Part shown: positions 1 to 12,809 of the stretch, piece after piece
How the letters are laid out: each line of letters starts with the position of its first letter
Position numbering within the stretch: position 1 is the stretch's first letter
Assembly: GCA_948442695.1 (NCBI GenBank)
Contig: CAOJSF010000001.1
Location: forward strand, 2,146 to 66,145
DNA from: an uncultured Clostridia bacterium
GTDB lineage: Bacteria; Bacillota; Clostridia; Christensenellales; UBA1242
Length of the DNA stretch: 64,000 nucleotides
Direction of reading: 5' to 3'
Program-made: the position numbers and the translations under genes
Notes under the pieces: generated by a model
Told to the model about the DNA's origin: nothing
The model's input: only the letters and a program-made list of their open reading frames with translations
Databases searched by the model: none

Positions 1-139
1 ATATTGCGATAAAATAGATAAAGAATTTGCAAAGATAGAAAAGTTGCTAAATATTGAAAAGAAAAATGAAAATAGTAAATAAATTTATATTATTGATTTT
101 TTAGGATTTTTATAGTATAATAAATCTATAAGGAGACTG

Positions 140-1015
140 ATGATGTTTAAAGGCAAAAGTTTTAAAAAATTTATTCTTGCAAGTGCTGTCATTTTAGGAA
201 TGACTTCTTTGACAGGTTGTTCTTCATATTTTGTGCAGTCAACAAAGAAATTCAACAAAACTGCGATTGATGTTTTAAATACAAATCAGGTTGTTCAAGA
301 AGTGCTTGATGCTGATTTTAATGATTTTTCTTTTTTGGGTGCTGATTTTACTAAAACAGGTTCTGAAATGTTGGATGTTGATATAAGCGGTGTTGCAAAA
401 TACAATGGCGATCAAAAAGCAGTTGTCACAATGAGTTATGACTTAGAAGAAAATTATTTCAGAAATGTAAAAGATGGCAAAAAAGATTTGATTGTCGATT
501 TGCTTGAATTAGCCCTTAAAAACAAAGAAATGAAAAGTTTTGATTTTATGGAAATAAGTGATTTTTTACAATTGAACGATGTTCTTGCAAATATCGCAGA
601 ACCAGCAAAAAGTGGTTTTAATTTTGATAGGGGAATTGTCTTTTCTTTGGGAAATCTGCAATTTGATGAGCAAGAAGGCACAGTTTCTTTCGATATGAAA
701 AATAATAATATTTATGTAAAAACTTATATTGAAACATTATTAATATATAATCCAGCATTAAAGATCCCTATGCCAACACCTGTGAAACGATATGAATATG
801 AAAATTATATAGATTGTAATCAGGTGAAATTGTTTGTTTCTCCACAGGAGTTGCAAAACATGAAAAATGATCCTAAGTCGATTATTGATTTTTTTGTGAA
901 GTATGTTAAAATTAATGATAAAAACAAGTGCAAAATCACTTTAATCAATAGAGAAGATTTAAGCGAGAAAGACACATCAAATATCGATGATTTTGAATTT
1001 GAAAATGGTTTATAA
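140..1015 (+). CDS. Hypothetical lipoprotein
   Basis: AAGGAG RBS; basic N-terminus, hydrophobic stretch and LTGC lipobox; followed by a terminator. Confidence 0.75.
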   Translation: MMFKGKSFKKFILASAVILGMTSLTGCSSYFVQSTKKFNKTAIDVLNTNQVVQEVLDADFNDFSFLGADFTKTGSEMLDVDISGVAKYNGDQKAVVTMSYDLEENYFRNVKDGKKDLIVDLLELALKNKEMKSFDFMEISDFLQLNDVLANIAEPAKSGFNFDRGIVFSLGNLQFDEQEGTVSFDMKNNNIYVKTYIETLLIYNPALKIPMPTPVKRYEYENYIDCNQVKLFVSPQELQNMKNDPKSIIDFFVKYVKINDKNKCKITLINREDLSEKDTSNIDDFEFENGL

Positions 1016-1047
1016 TCTTCTCTTTGACGAAAACAAAATTTTAAAAT

Positions 1048-1076
1048 AAAAACATATCAATTGATATGTTTTTTTG
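1048..1076 (+). terminator. Intrinsic terminator
   Basis: AAAACATATC-AATT-GATATGTTTT hairpin with T tract. Confidence 0.7.
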
Positions 1077-1167
1077 TTTGAATTAAAATTTGAAATTTTT
1101 TAAAAATAAGAAAAATAAAGATAAAATATGTAAATTAAAATAAATAGTTAAATTTTTTAGAAAAGTC

Positions 1168-1193
1168 TTGACAATCCCCCCCCCATGTATAAT
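1168..1193 (+). promoter_or_regulatory. SigA promoter with C9 tract in a 14-bp spacer (candidate phase-variable)
   Basis: TTGACA 1168-1173, C9 at 1176-1184, TATAAT 1188-1193. Confidence 0.65.
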
Positions 1194-1219
1194 TAAAGTA
1201 AGATAATTGAGGAATTTAT

Positions 1220-1456
1220 ATGAAAGGAAACGATAATAAGAAAAAGGGTGTTATTTTAAATATGGGGAATAAAAAGAGAAATCAAATACCAGATGAAGAT
1301 TTAAGTAAATGGCTTCAACCTTTTAGTGCTTGGCTAGAGGAACAAGAGGGACAAGAAAAGGCTGAAGCGAAAGAAGATAAGAGTATGAAGGAAAATACTC
1401 CAGATGTGCAGGATAGTATGCTTAGCCCTTCCGATGAAAATGACTTTGAGATGTAA
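1220..1456 (+). CDS. Small acidic hypothetical protein
   Basis: GAGGA RBS, upstream promoter, downstream hairpin (AAAAAGAGG-TCAT-CCTCTTTTT). Confidence 0.65.
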   Translation: MKGNDNKKKGVILNMGNKKRNQIPDEDLSKWLQPFSAWLEEQEGQEKAEAKEDKSMKENTPDVQDSMLSPSDENDFEM

Positions 1457-1677
1457 AAACGTTTAAATAAGTTGTTTCTTGATATTTAAAAAAGAGGTCA
1501 TCCTCTTTTTTTTGTTTGCAATTGAAAATATTCTATCTCAGACAAATTTTGTGGCTTTTTATTTTTGTTTTAATTTTTGTTTCTTAAAAATTCTGTCCGC
1601 TTTTTTATTTTTAAAATGGAATTTTATATTTTGAAAATTAGTTTACTTTTCTTCTTCTGTTTGATATAATTTAGATT

Positions 1678-3999
1678 ATGAATTACGATATAAATCTTTT
1701 AAATGAAGAACAACTCGCACCTCTTAAAGTGACTGACGGTGCTGTTTTGGTTACTGCAGGTGCAGGCTCTGGCAAGACCAGACTTTTGACGCATAGAGTG
1801 GCATATCTTATTGACGAGTTGGGGGTAAATCCTTTCAATATTCTTGCCATAACTTTCACAAACAAGGCTTCGGGAGAAATGGCGAGCAGAATTTCTCAAA
1901 TGGTCGAGGGGGCTGACAAGGTTTGGATTTCAACATTTCACTCAATGTGTGCAAAGTTGTTGAGAATGGAAATATCTCATCTTCCACCTTTCACTCGTGA
2001 TTTTTCTATATATAGTGAAAGTGACAGTGATAAGGCACTTAAAGATGTGCTTGCACAGGTGGGTGTCAGTGATGACAAAATTAAGAAATCGGTGAGTTTT
2101 CATCTTTCAAACTGGAAAAATGGTGGGCAGTCTTTAAATGAATATTTGTTGACCCATAAAGATGAGTTTGATATGCAAAAAATCGGTGCTTGCATGAAGG
2201 CATATCAGGACAAACTTAAGAAAAACAATGCTCTTGACTTTGATGACCTTATTGCAAAGACGGTTGAACTTTTTAAGACCTGTCCTGAGGTTTTGGCATA
2301 TTATGCAAACAGATTTCAGTATATTCATGTCGATGAGTTTCAAGATACAAACACAATTCAATATATTTTGATAAAACTTTTGGCCTCAGTTCATGGCAAT
2401 GTCTTTGTTGTGGGTGATGAGGACCAGTGTATTTATTCATGGCGTGGTGCAAACTTTCAAAACATCTTCAATTTTAAGAGGGATTTTGAGGGGGCAAAAG
2501 TGTTTAAACTTGAGCATAATTATCGTTCAAGTCCTGAGATTATCACTATTGCAAACAATGTGATTAAAAACAATTCATCTCGTCTGAACAAAAATATGTA
2601 TACCACAAAACCAGCAAATCAAAAGCCGATACTTTTCAATGCTTATGATGAGCGAGATGAGGCTTTGTTTGTAGCGAAGAATGTGCAGAAGTTGGTGGCG
2701 GAGGGCTTTCAATACGATGACATCGCAGTGCTTATGCGAATCAATGCACTTTCAAGAAGTTTTGAAGAGGCATTTTTATCATATAACATTCCGCACAGAA
2801 TTTATGGTGGCTTTAAATTTTATGAAAGGGCTGAAATAAAAAATGTGATAGGCTATTTAAGGCTGTTTGTCAATCCAAAGGATGACATATCTTTTGCAAG
2901 GGTGATAAATTTCCCTAAACGTGGAATCGGTGACGGAACGATTGCAAAACTTGCCGAAGTCGACTTTGATAAATCACTGCTTGAAAATTGTCTGTCTGAA
3001 GAACTTGCATCTTTTGGTGCGATTGCTAAAAAATTTACACCATTTAAAGAGGGATATTTAAGGGCGGAAAAAAGTCTGAATGGCAAGATGTCTGACTTTG
3101 TTGAAGAGGTAATCAAATCTTTTGGCATAAGAGAGGCTTACAATCCAAAAGATGAAGATGATATGACAAGGCTTTTAAACATTGAACAGTTTATTCTGTC
3201 AGTCAAAGAATATGAGGCATTGAATCCTGAGGCAGGTCTTAATGAATTTCTTGAAAACATAACACTATCCTCTGAAAATGATGAGATAGGTCAGGGTGGA
3301 GCGGTGACCATTGCAACCGTCCATGCTGTCAAGGGACTTGAATTTAAGGTTGTGTTTGTTGTTGGAATTGAAGAGGGGATTTTTCCTATCTCAAGGGCAT
3401 TCAATTCAAATAACGAACTTGAGGAAGAGCGAAGGCTTATGTATGTTGCGCTCACTCGTGCCGAAGAGAGGTTGATTTTATCACACGCTTCAAAGAGATA
3501 TCTTTATCATGGAAGTGAGTATCAGACGCCTAGTCGTTTTTGTCGAGAATTTGGACTTTTGGGATTTGAAGAAGTTAAGAGAGCACAAACAAGTTTTGGC
3601 GGAAGAGATGACTATGACAGAGGATATTCAAGAGGAAATTCTTATGGCAGTTCAAGTGGTTATGGCGGTGGTTATAATAAGAGTTATGGCAATTCTTACA
3701 GTGATAGGTTTGATAAAAATAATGATGGATATAATAATGTTGATAGATTTTCTAAAATGCACACCTCTGAAACGGAAGTCAAATTCTTCAATCATTCTGA
3801 TTTTATGAAAAAGGAAAAAAAAGAAGAGCAAGTCAAAGATGTATCAGTCTTTAAAGTAGGGCAAACTGTTTCTCACCCACGATATGGGGAAGGAAAAATT
3901 GTCGAGATATCCTCTGATGGTTTGGTGGGAGATATTGTTTTTAGTGTGGGTAAAAAAAGTCTTATGCTTGAACTTGCTCCGCTTGAAATAAAAGAATAA
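1678..3999 (+). CDS. pcrA: ATP-dependent DNA helicase PcrA/UvrD
   Basis: AGAGSGKT Walker A, VDEFQDTN, VGDEDQCIYSWRGA, TVHAVKGLEF, EEERRLMYVALTRA, C-terminal Tudor-like HPRYGEG. Confidence 0.97.
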   Translation: MNYDINLLNEEQLAPLKVTDGAVLVTAGAGSGKTRLLTHRVAYLIDELGVNPFNILAITFTNKASGEMASRISQMVEGADKVWISTFHSMCAKLLRMEISHLPPFTRDFSIYSESDSDKALKDVLAQVGVSDDKIKKSVSFHLSNWKNGGQSLNEYLLTHKDEFDMQKIGACMKAYQDKLKKNNALDFDDLIAKTVELFKTCPEVLAYYANRFQYIHVDEFQDTNTIQYILIKLLASVHGNVFVVGDEDQCIYSWRGANFQNIFNFKRDFEGAKVFKLEHNYRSSPEIITIANNVIKNNSSRLNKNMYTTKPANQKPILFNAYDERDEALFVAKNVQKLVAEGFQYDDIAVLMRINALSRSFEEAFLSYNIPHRIYGGFKFYERAEIKNVIGYLRLFVNPKDDISFARVINFPKRGIGDGTIAKLAEVDFDKSLLENCLSEELASFGAIAKKFTPFKEGYLRAEKSLNGKMSDFVEEVIKSFGIREAYNPKDEDDMTRLLNIEQFILSVKEYEALNPEAGLNEFLENITLSSENDEIGQGGAVTIATVHAVKGLEFKVVFVVGIEEGIFPISRAFNSNNELEEERRLMYVALTRAEERLILSHASKRYLYHGSEYQTPSRFCREFGLLGFEEVKRAQTSFGGRDDYDRGYSRGNSYGSSSGYGGGYNKSYGNSYSDRFDKNNDGYNNVDRFSKMHTSETEVKFFNHSDFMKKEKKEEQVKDVSVFKVGQTVSHPRYGEGKIVEISSDGLVGDIVFSVGKKSLMLELAPLEIKE

Positions 4000-4217
4000 A
4001 AGTAAAATCAAAATAAACTATGAGGTTATTTCAGGAAATTTAATTGAAATTATTGTTTCAATGGTAAAAATACAAAATGCAGTTGATATTATGAAAATAA
4101 TTTTTTAAATTTGAAATGAGAAAAATAAATAGAAATATATTTTGATGTAGTGAGTTGAGGAAATTTTGATTTGTGTTTAAATGAGAAAATGAAGTTTTCC
4201 AAATGATGATTTATTAA

Positions 4218-6239
<2,022 letters not shown>

Positions 6240-6468
6240 TTGAAAAACACTGAAATTTTTTCAGTGTTTTTTGTTGCATTTTACATTTTGACTTTTATAA
6301 ATTTTTATTTTATTATTATTTATAATTTTTTTAATTAAATAATAATTATCTTTATTCGATAATTTTTTTTGCACAATTTATATATTTTATTTAAAGAATT
6401 TAATTGTTGACTTTTTTTCTAAGTATGATATAATTTAATTATAAAAGAGCAGGACTTAGGAGACTTTT

Positions 6469-8139
6469 ATGAGACATGGACTTGAAGGTGTGAATCTATA
6501 TAATCCAGTTGAGGGGAAACTTGATAAAATCATTGATTATTTTGTTGACTTTTATGGCGAAAAATATAGAGATAGAATAGAAGATAGACTTAAGAATGCC
6601 ATATATATTTTTACTGATAGATATAGTGGCGACAATGATAAAAGTTTGGTTGTGCAATATTTTGAATATGCGAAGAGCAAAATGATTGAGGCGTTTGAAG
6701 AGAAAATTTTAGTCGAGACAGGTTTGCATATTGAATTTTTAAGTCAAAACATAGTTAAACAAATGGAAATATTGTCAAGTTTTAAATCTAAGGAATTTGA
6801 TGATTTTGAAGATAAAGATTTTAGATTTTTAAAACAATTTGACATTTTTTCGACCTGTGAGGCGATTAAAAGTTGTTTTAATGATGAAGATAAGAAGAAA
6901 GAAGTTTTGACTCAGTTTGAAAAGATTGAAAATATATTTGTCGATATTTTTAAAACTTTTAATGATGCTATAAAGAAAGAAGCGAAGAAATTTGATAGGT
7001 TGGATAAAAATGAAGTTGAAAAAATCGAATTAAACTATAGAAAAAAGTGTATAAATTTGTTTGCTTATGCTTTGTCTAAAACATTTGAGATAAAACCAAA
7101 CAAAGAGAGTAAACAGGTTCTTGTGCAAAGATTGCCTGATATGATAAATTATCTTTCTGGGAAGAAGATTGATAAGAATAAGTTTAATGATATATTAATG
7201 TTGTCAGAAAGATATAAAAATACTTCTGTAGATAATGTCTGCGAAGTTTTAAATGCTTGTAAGAGAAAATGGAGAATTTTTCAAGAGGAAAAGATTGCTG
7301 AGATTTATATTTTGAAGGGTAATTTAGGAGAAAAATTAGCCGATATAGAAAACAATATAATTTTAGGTGGGGACACTGTCAAAAGTATTAAAGATTATAT
7401 CTTGATTAAAAACACCAAAGAAATAGGCTTTGCTGTTGCAGGTGTCCGTGCTCAAAATCCTAATAAGCCTATAAGCATAATGGCAAACAATCAATATTTG
7501 AGACTTAGCGATGATGTCATTGTTCATGAAATGAATCATGCTGTGCTTACAAATGCCAGTCTTGAAAATGATGTGTTTACACAAAAAATAGGGCTGAGTA
7601 AATTAAGCATTGATATCAAAACAGAAGAACAAATTTATTCCAACGGAATCTATACTGGACTTAATGAGGCTATAAATGAGTATATTTCACAAAAGATTGT
7701 CACAAAGATGCATAAGGATAATTTCAGAATCGGATACAATTATGAAACTGAGGTTGTTTATAGACTTGCTTTTCCTTTGATAGGTGAATTTATTGAAGAA
7801 AATATTGATGATTTGATTGAAATTTGCATGAGCGACGACATAACTTTAATTGAGAAATATTTTAATAAAGATGACATTGAAAATCTTGCCAAAATAATAA
7901 ATGATTTGTTTAAATTGTTTCAAAGTGAAAGGCAGGAAATTGTTGCTTTGCTTCAAAATGAGATTGAAGAATTTGCAAAAAGGCCAGATTATAATGTCTT
8001 TGAGGTTGCTTCACAAAATGAAGTTAAATGGTCTTGTTTGACTCAAAAATATCTTAATTTGGTAGCTAAAACAAAGATTATTTTAGATAAAATCAAGCAT
8101 TGCAAAATTGAAAAAAATGATGAGATTGAAATGTTTTAA
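6469..8139 (+). CDS. Putative gluzincin-like zinc metalloprotease, paralog 1, no signal peptide
   Basis: HEMNH followed by GLNEAINE; N-terminal FVDFYGEKYR motif shared with the next two genes; own TTGACT/TGnTATAAT promoter and AGGAG RBS. Confidence 0.7.
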   Translation: MRHGLEGVNLYNPVEGKLDKIIDYFVDFYGEKYRDRIEDRLKNAIYIFTDRYSGDNDKSLVVQYFEYAKSKMIEAFEEKILVETGLHIEFLSQNIVKQMEILSSFKSKEFDDFEDKDFRFLKQFDIFSTCEAIKSCFNDEDKKKEVLTQFEKIENIFVDIFKTFNDAIKKEAKKFDRLDKNEVEKIELNYRKKCINLFAYALSKTFEIKPNKESKQVLVQRLPDMINYLSGKKIDKNKFNDILMLSERYKNTSVDNVCEVLNACKRKWRIFQEEKIAEIYILKGNLGEKLADIENNIILGGDTVKSIKDYILIKNTKEIGFAVAGVRAQNPNKPISIMANNQYLRLSDDVIVHEMNHAVLTNASLENDVFTQKIGLSKLSIDIKTEEQIYSNGIYTGLNEAINEYISQKIVTKMHKDNFRIGYNYETEVVYRLAFPLIGEFIEENIDDLIEICMSDDITLIEKYFNKDDIENLAKIINDLFKLFQSERQEIVALLQNEIEEFAKRPDYNVFEVASQNEVKWSCLTQKYLNLVAKTKIILDKIKHCKIEKNDEIEMF

Positions 8140-8264
8140 TTAAAAAAATAATTAAAATTTTCAAACTTGCAAAAAAATTCTTGTCAAAATTCTAAAATCA
8201 TCATAAAATATTATATAGGCTTTTCAAAAAAAAGCCTATTTTATCTTTTTATTAAGGAGCAGAT

Positions 8265-10061
8265 GTGAAAAAACACGGGCTTGAACATATTAAAAATGTA
8301 TTTAATCCAACAGAGGAGAAATTGCCACAGATAGTTGATTATTTTGTGGAATTTTATGGTGAAGAATATAGGCCACAGATTGAAGAGCGAATAAAAAATA
8401 CACACTTTATTTTTTATGAGCGTGGTGACTATATGCTTCTAGAAAGATATTTTGAAAGCCTTAAACAATCGCTTGCGGGTGAATTTTTTGATGAATTTAC
8501 TGGTGGAGAAAAGGGGAATTATTTATTTGAAGATTTTTCATTTTCAAAACTAAATTCTTCTCTTAGTCAGGTTGAGTTGTGGATTAAAGATATAAAAAAG
8601 GTTGACAAAAAAAGTCTGTTGGAATTTTTGAGAGTTTATCATTTAGATGAGTTATTAAAAGAATGTAAAAGTGATTTGAGTGATAAATTGAAAGATAAAG
8701 TTTTTTTAGATAAATTAAAAGAAAGTTTAAAAAGTTTTGACAGTCTTTATAAATATTGTTATAAAGATGATTTTGATTATTTAAATGAAGAACTTGAAAA
8801 AATCAACAAACTGCTTCCGAATGATAAAATAGAAGAGATTGAAATGGAATTTGAAAAAGATGTCAGGGAGGCAGTTGGGGTTGTTCTTTTAAAATTATTA
8901 AAAATTGACATCAACTATGAAAATATAGATTATCTTGACAGCATTGCTCCATTTTTATTAAGAAATATTTTGACAAATCCAGAACTTCTTTCAAAACATG
9001 ATAAACAAGAATATCTAGAAATAAAACACAATCTTTATGGCATGGCAAACTATCATGTGCAAGATATAAATAATTTAGATGAAGAAGAAAAGCAAAGGCA
9101 TATTGATGATTTAGTAGATTATCCTCTTGCTGTAATCAAAGAAAAACTATTAAAACTATACAATAAAAAGCAGATGAAAATTTCGCAATTGAAGTCAAAT
9201 TTTGAAGATGTGAATAATTTGATAGAAAACAATGTGACAGGGAAGAATGCCTACTTAAAAACTGTTGAGAATTTTAAAGATAATCTTTTTCCAGAAGAGG
9301 CTTATAATGTGATTTGTCCAGGACTTGCAGGGGATGACAAATTTTATAATATTGTTTTTTACAACTCAGTTGTCAAATTTCTTGATAGCGTTCTGATACA
9401 TGAAATAAATCATTCTGTGTCTAGTTTTGCAAAGGTGGAAAAATCGCAGAGATATATTGATCAAGGTTATAATGATGTCTACTGCAAAAATGGATTTGTC
9501 AGCAAGAGATATCTTGAAGACGGAAAGGGCAATGTGATTCCATATTTTGATGTAAGGGTGGATTATACACCTTTGAATGAGGCAATAAATGAATATCTTT
9601 CACAAAAGATTTGTGACAAAATGGTAAAAGATAATTTCAAAATAGGCAGGTTTTATGCAAATCAAGGTGGCAAATCTTCCTATACAAATGATTTTCCTCT
9701 TCTTATAAATTTCTTCGAAAACAATTTGCAGGATATAATTAAGTGTAATATGAGTGAGGATGAAAATTTAATTTATTCTACATTTGGCGAAGAAAATATT
9801 GACCAGATTGCTCAGTCGGTGTATAATTATAGTGTCCTTAGAAAGATGAAGACAGAAGAATATTATAAATTTTTGCATGAGCGAAATTCACTCTTAGGCA
9901 AAAAAAATATTTTCGAGTCTTTAAAAAATGCGAATTTAGTTTGGTCGGAAGTTTCACTTCCATTTGTAAAATGTTTTAAAATGGTTGATGAAGCAGTTGA
10001 AAATATAGGAAGATATAAACAAGAGAAATTGCTTTTAAATGAACAAAAAGAACATATTTAA
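8265..10061 (+). CDS. Putative gluzincin-like zinc metalloprotease, paralog 2
   Basis: HEINH followed by PLNEAINE; FVEFYGEEYR motif; AAGGAG RBS with GTG start. Confidence 0.7.
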   Translation: MKKHGLEHIKNVFNPTEEKLPQIVDYFVEFYGEEYRPQIEERIKNTHFIFYERGDYMLLERYFESLKQSLAGEFFDEFTGGEKGNYLFEDFSFSKLNSSLSQVELWIKDIKKVDKKSLLEFLRVYHLDELLKECKSDLSDKLKDKVFLDKLKESLKSFDSLYKYCYKDDFDYLNEELEKINKLLPNDKIEEIEMEFEKDVREAVGVVLLKLLKIDINYENIDYLDSIAPFLLRNILTNPELLSKHDKQEYLEIKHNLYGMANYHVQDINNLDEEEKQRHIDDLVDYPLAVIKEKLLKLYNKKQMKISQLKSNFEDVNNLIENNVTGKNAYLKTVENFKDNLFPEEAYNVICPGLAGDDKFYNIVFYNSVVKFLDSVLIHEINHSVSSFAKVEKSQRYIDQGYNDVYCKNGFVSKRYLEDGKGNVIPYFDVRVDYTPLNEAINEYLSQKICDKMVKDNFKIGRFYANQGGKSSYTNDFPLLINFFENNLQDIIKCNMSEDENLIYSTFGEENIDQIAQSVYNYSVLRKMKTEEYYKFLHERNSLLGKKNIFESLKNANLVWSEVSLPFVKCFKMVDEAVENIGRYKQEKLLLNEQKEHI

Positions 10062-10108
10062 AATAAAAAGTTGAAACAAGAGAAAAGCGCTCAAACATGG
10101 AGGGAGAA

Positions 10109-11092
10109 ATGAAAAAAGAGGATTATCAAAAAAATTGTGACAAATTAAAGGAAAAACTCCCTCAAATTGTTGAGTTTTTTGTTATGGTCTATGGCGAAGA
10201 ATATCGAAATCAAATTGAAGAAAGATTAAAAAGCACAGTTTTTCTTTTCTTTGACAACGATATTGCTTTTGATAGAGGGGTGGAAGACTATAATTTATCA
10301 GTCATACATGAAAATAAAATTATAGACCTTGAAGAAATTTATAGCGATATGGTGATTGATAAATCAATAAAAAATTTTGAAGGGTTTGCTTTTGCAAGTG
10401 CCAGACTTGACAACCTTGATAGGGTGGCAAATGCCTGCGTTTTGGCACCGATTGAAAAGTTGACAGATCAGGTTTTGTTTCATGAACTTAACCATATAAT
10501 TCAGTCTGATGTCAAATTTTTGAATAAAAATAATGAAAGCAGGCTCATGACAAGGTCAGGTCTAAAAAGAGATTATTATGATATAGACTTAGAAAACTTG
10601 ACTGCGATCCGAAAGGTTTCAGAAAGAGAGGAGTCTGATTTGTCATTATACAATGGACTTAATGAGGTTTTTACTGAATGGACAACCTTAAAAGTTTTGG
10701 ACAAGGCAATAAGGTCTGGTTTTAGGCTGGGTGAAAAGAAAAATGAAGAGGCAGTTTATGCTGTGACTTTTCCTATAATGGGGCAGTTTATTGACGGAAT
10801 GATTGAGGCTATGAAAGAGACTTTTATGAAAGGAAATAAGAAAGAACTTTTAAAATTTCTTTCAACCAAAGAACTGGAAAAACTTTGTGAGGCATTAAAT
10901 ATGCTTATTGAGTTTGAATATAGTCATGCTGATGAAATGCTGAAAAAATTGCAATATAGAAAATTAAATATTAATGACCTTTTAAAGATGCCGTCAGAAA
11001 AGATTCCGTTAGATTTAAGAAGTTATGCAAATATGTTTTTGAATTTAAAGAATATAGTTGATGAAATTGAAAATGAAAATTCTCTAGAATAA
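10109..11092 (+). CDS. Putative gluzincin-like zinc metalloprotease, paralog 3 (short form)
   Basis: HELNH followed by GLNEVFTE; FVMVYGEEYR motif; GGAGG RBS before ATG 10109. Confidence 0.7.
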   Translation: MKKEDYQKNCDKLKEKLPQIVEFFVMVYGEEYRNQIEERLKSTVFLFFDNDIAFDRGVEDYNLSVIHENKIIDLEEIYSDMVIDKSIKNFEGFAFASARLDNLDRVANACVLAPIEKLTDQVLFHELNHIIQSDVKFLNKNNESRLMTRSGLKRDYYDIDLENLTAIRKVSEREESDLSLYNGLNEVFTEWTTLKVLDKAIRSGFRLGEKKNEEAVYAVTFPIMGQFIDGMIEAMKETFMKGNKKELLKFLSTKELEKLCEALNMLIEFEYSHADEMLKKLQYRKLNINDLLKMPSEKIPLDLRSYANMFLNLKNIVDEIENENSLE

Positions 11093-11310
11093 GAGCAAAA
11101 AAATCAAAAAATCAAAGAGTCAAATAAAAATAAATTTGGTAGAGATTAATAATAAATATTTTTGGTTGATAAAGTTGAAAAATGTGGTTTTTATAAAATA
11201 TTTATGACAAATATAAATCAATTAATAAAAATATGTTATCAATAAAAATAGGATGAAAAGCATTGACTTTACTTTCCTATGTTGCAATGCTTAAATGTAA
11301 AGGAAAATAT

Positions 11311-12632
11311 ATGAAAAAACTGTGGAATGGTAGTTTTATAAAAAAACATGTCTGATTATGGTGTTATGTTTTTGTGTTTTTTCGGCATCAATATTGATGG
11401 TTGGTTGTGGTGAATGTAAGCATGAAAATCTATCAACTTATTTTTATGATTTAGAATATCACTGGAGAGTTTGTGAGGATTGCGACAAAGCAATAGGTAA
11501 AGAGAAACATATATTTGAAGATAGTCTTCTCGAAAACAACACTTTAGCAAAGATTTGCAAAGAATGTAAATATCAAATTTCCGAGTCAGTTATGTCGGCT
11601 GTATTGCCAAACAATTTCTTAAATGTTCTTGCTGAAAGTGGAATTGATTTGCGTCAAATTAGTAAAATTTCTTTTGACTATAATGTTGTTGATGGTTTTA
11701 TCAACACCGAAAAACTTATTGACAATAAGATTCAAGTTTGGCAAAAAGAGAATGAACTTTCGCTTGTTTATCAAGGCAAAATTAAGGTGGAAGATTGTTT
11801 CAAATTGTTTGGAGGCGATTATTTTTGGTTTAAAGAAATTGTATTTAATAATTTTGATATTTCAAATGTGACAAATATGTCATCTATGTTTTATCTTTGT
11901 TCAAATTTGAAAACTCTTAATTTGGCAAATATTAATACGTCCAGGGTGACAAGCATGGCAGGTATGTTTGATGGATGTGCAAAATTGCTGACGCTAAATT
12001 TATCAAATTTCAATACATCAAATGTGGAAGATATGAACCGTATGTTTTTTGGTTTCTCAAGTTTGATAAGTCTTGATATTACAAGTTTCAACACACCTAG
12101 GGTGGCAAAAATGAATTATATTTTTCAGAACTGTTCAAGTTTAATGACGCTTAATTTATCAAGTTTCAACACAATTAATGTGACAAATATGAGTAATATG
12201 TTTGATGGATGCTCTAAATTAATGTCGCTTGACCTGACAAGTTTTGACACCTCAAAAGTGAATGATATGAGCAATATGTTTTTTGGCTGTTCAGGACTTT
12301 CATCACTCAATCTGACAAGTTTTGATACATCTAACGTTTGTTTTATGTCTGAAATGTTTTATAATTGTTCAAACTTAACAATGCTTAACCTTGCAAGTTT
12401 TAATACTTCAAAAGTGACTAGTATGTCTTCAATGTTTTTTGCTTGCTCAGGTTTGCCAGAACTCAACTTGACAAGTTTTGACACTTTAAAAGTCACTAGT
12501 ATGAATTATATGTTTGAGGGGTGCGAAAATCTTGAAACAATATTAGTCGGTCAATCATGGGTTACAGCAAGAAATCATTATTTAATGTTTAGTGGTTGCA
12601 AATGTCAAGGCGTGACAATAGTATGTTTTTAA
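11311..12632 (+). CDS. Surface lipoprotein with 26-residue LRR-like repeats (DUF285/BspA-type); 5' end frameshifted at an A7 tract
   Basis: About 9 repeats of LxLxSFDTSxVTxMSxMFxxCxxL; MVGC lipobox; RBS-linked ATG 11311 is out of frame with the 11358 ORF. Confidence 0.8.
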
Positions 12633-12774
12633 AAACATATCGCAAGATATGTTTTTTTGATTTAGTCATGTTGTTTTTTGTTTAATTTTGTTATGCTTGA
12701 AATTTCAGAATAAAACATTTTATATTTTTAGAGAAAATTCTTTGGATTCCTTTTATTAAATTGCGATAAAACGC

Positions 12775-12803
12775 TTGACAATGGGGCAGGGGTATGATAT
12801 AAT
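12775..12803 (+). promoter_or_regulatory. SigA promoter of the str operon
   Basis: TTGACA-17 bp-TATAAT with extended -10 TG. Confidence 0.85.
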
Positions 12804-12809
12804 TTGCCC

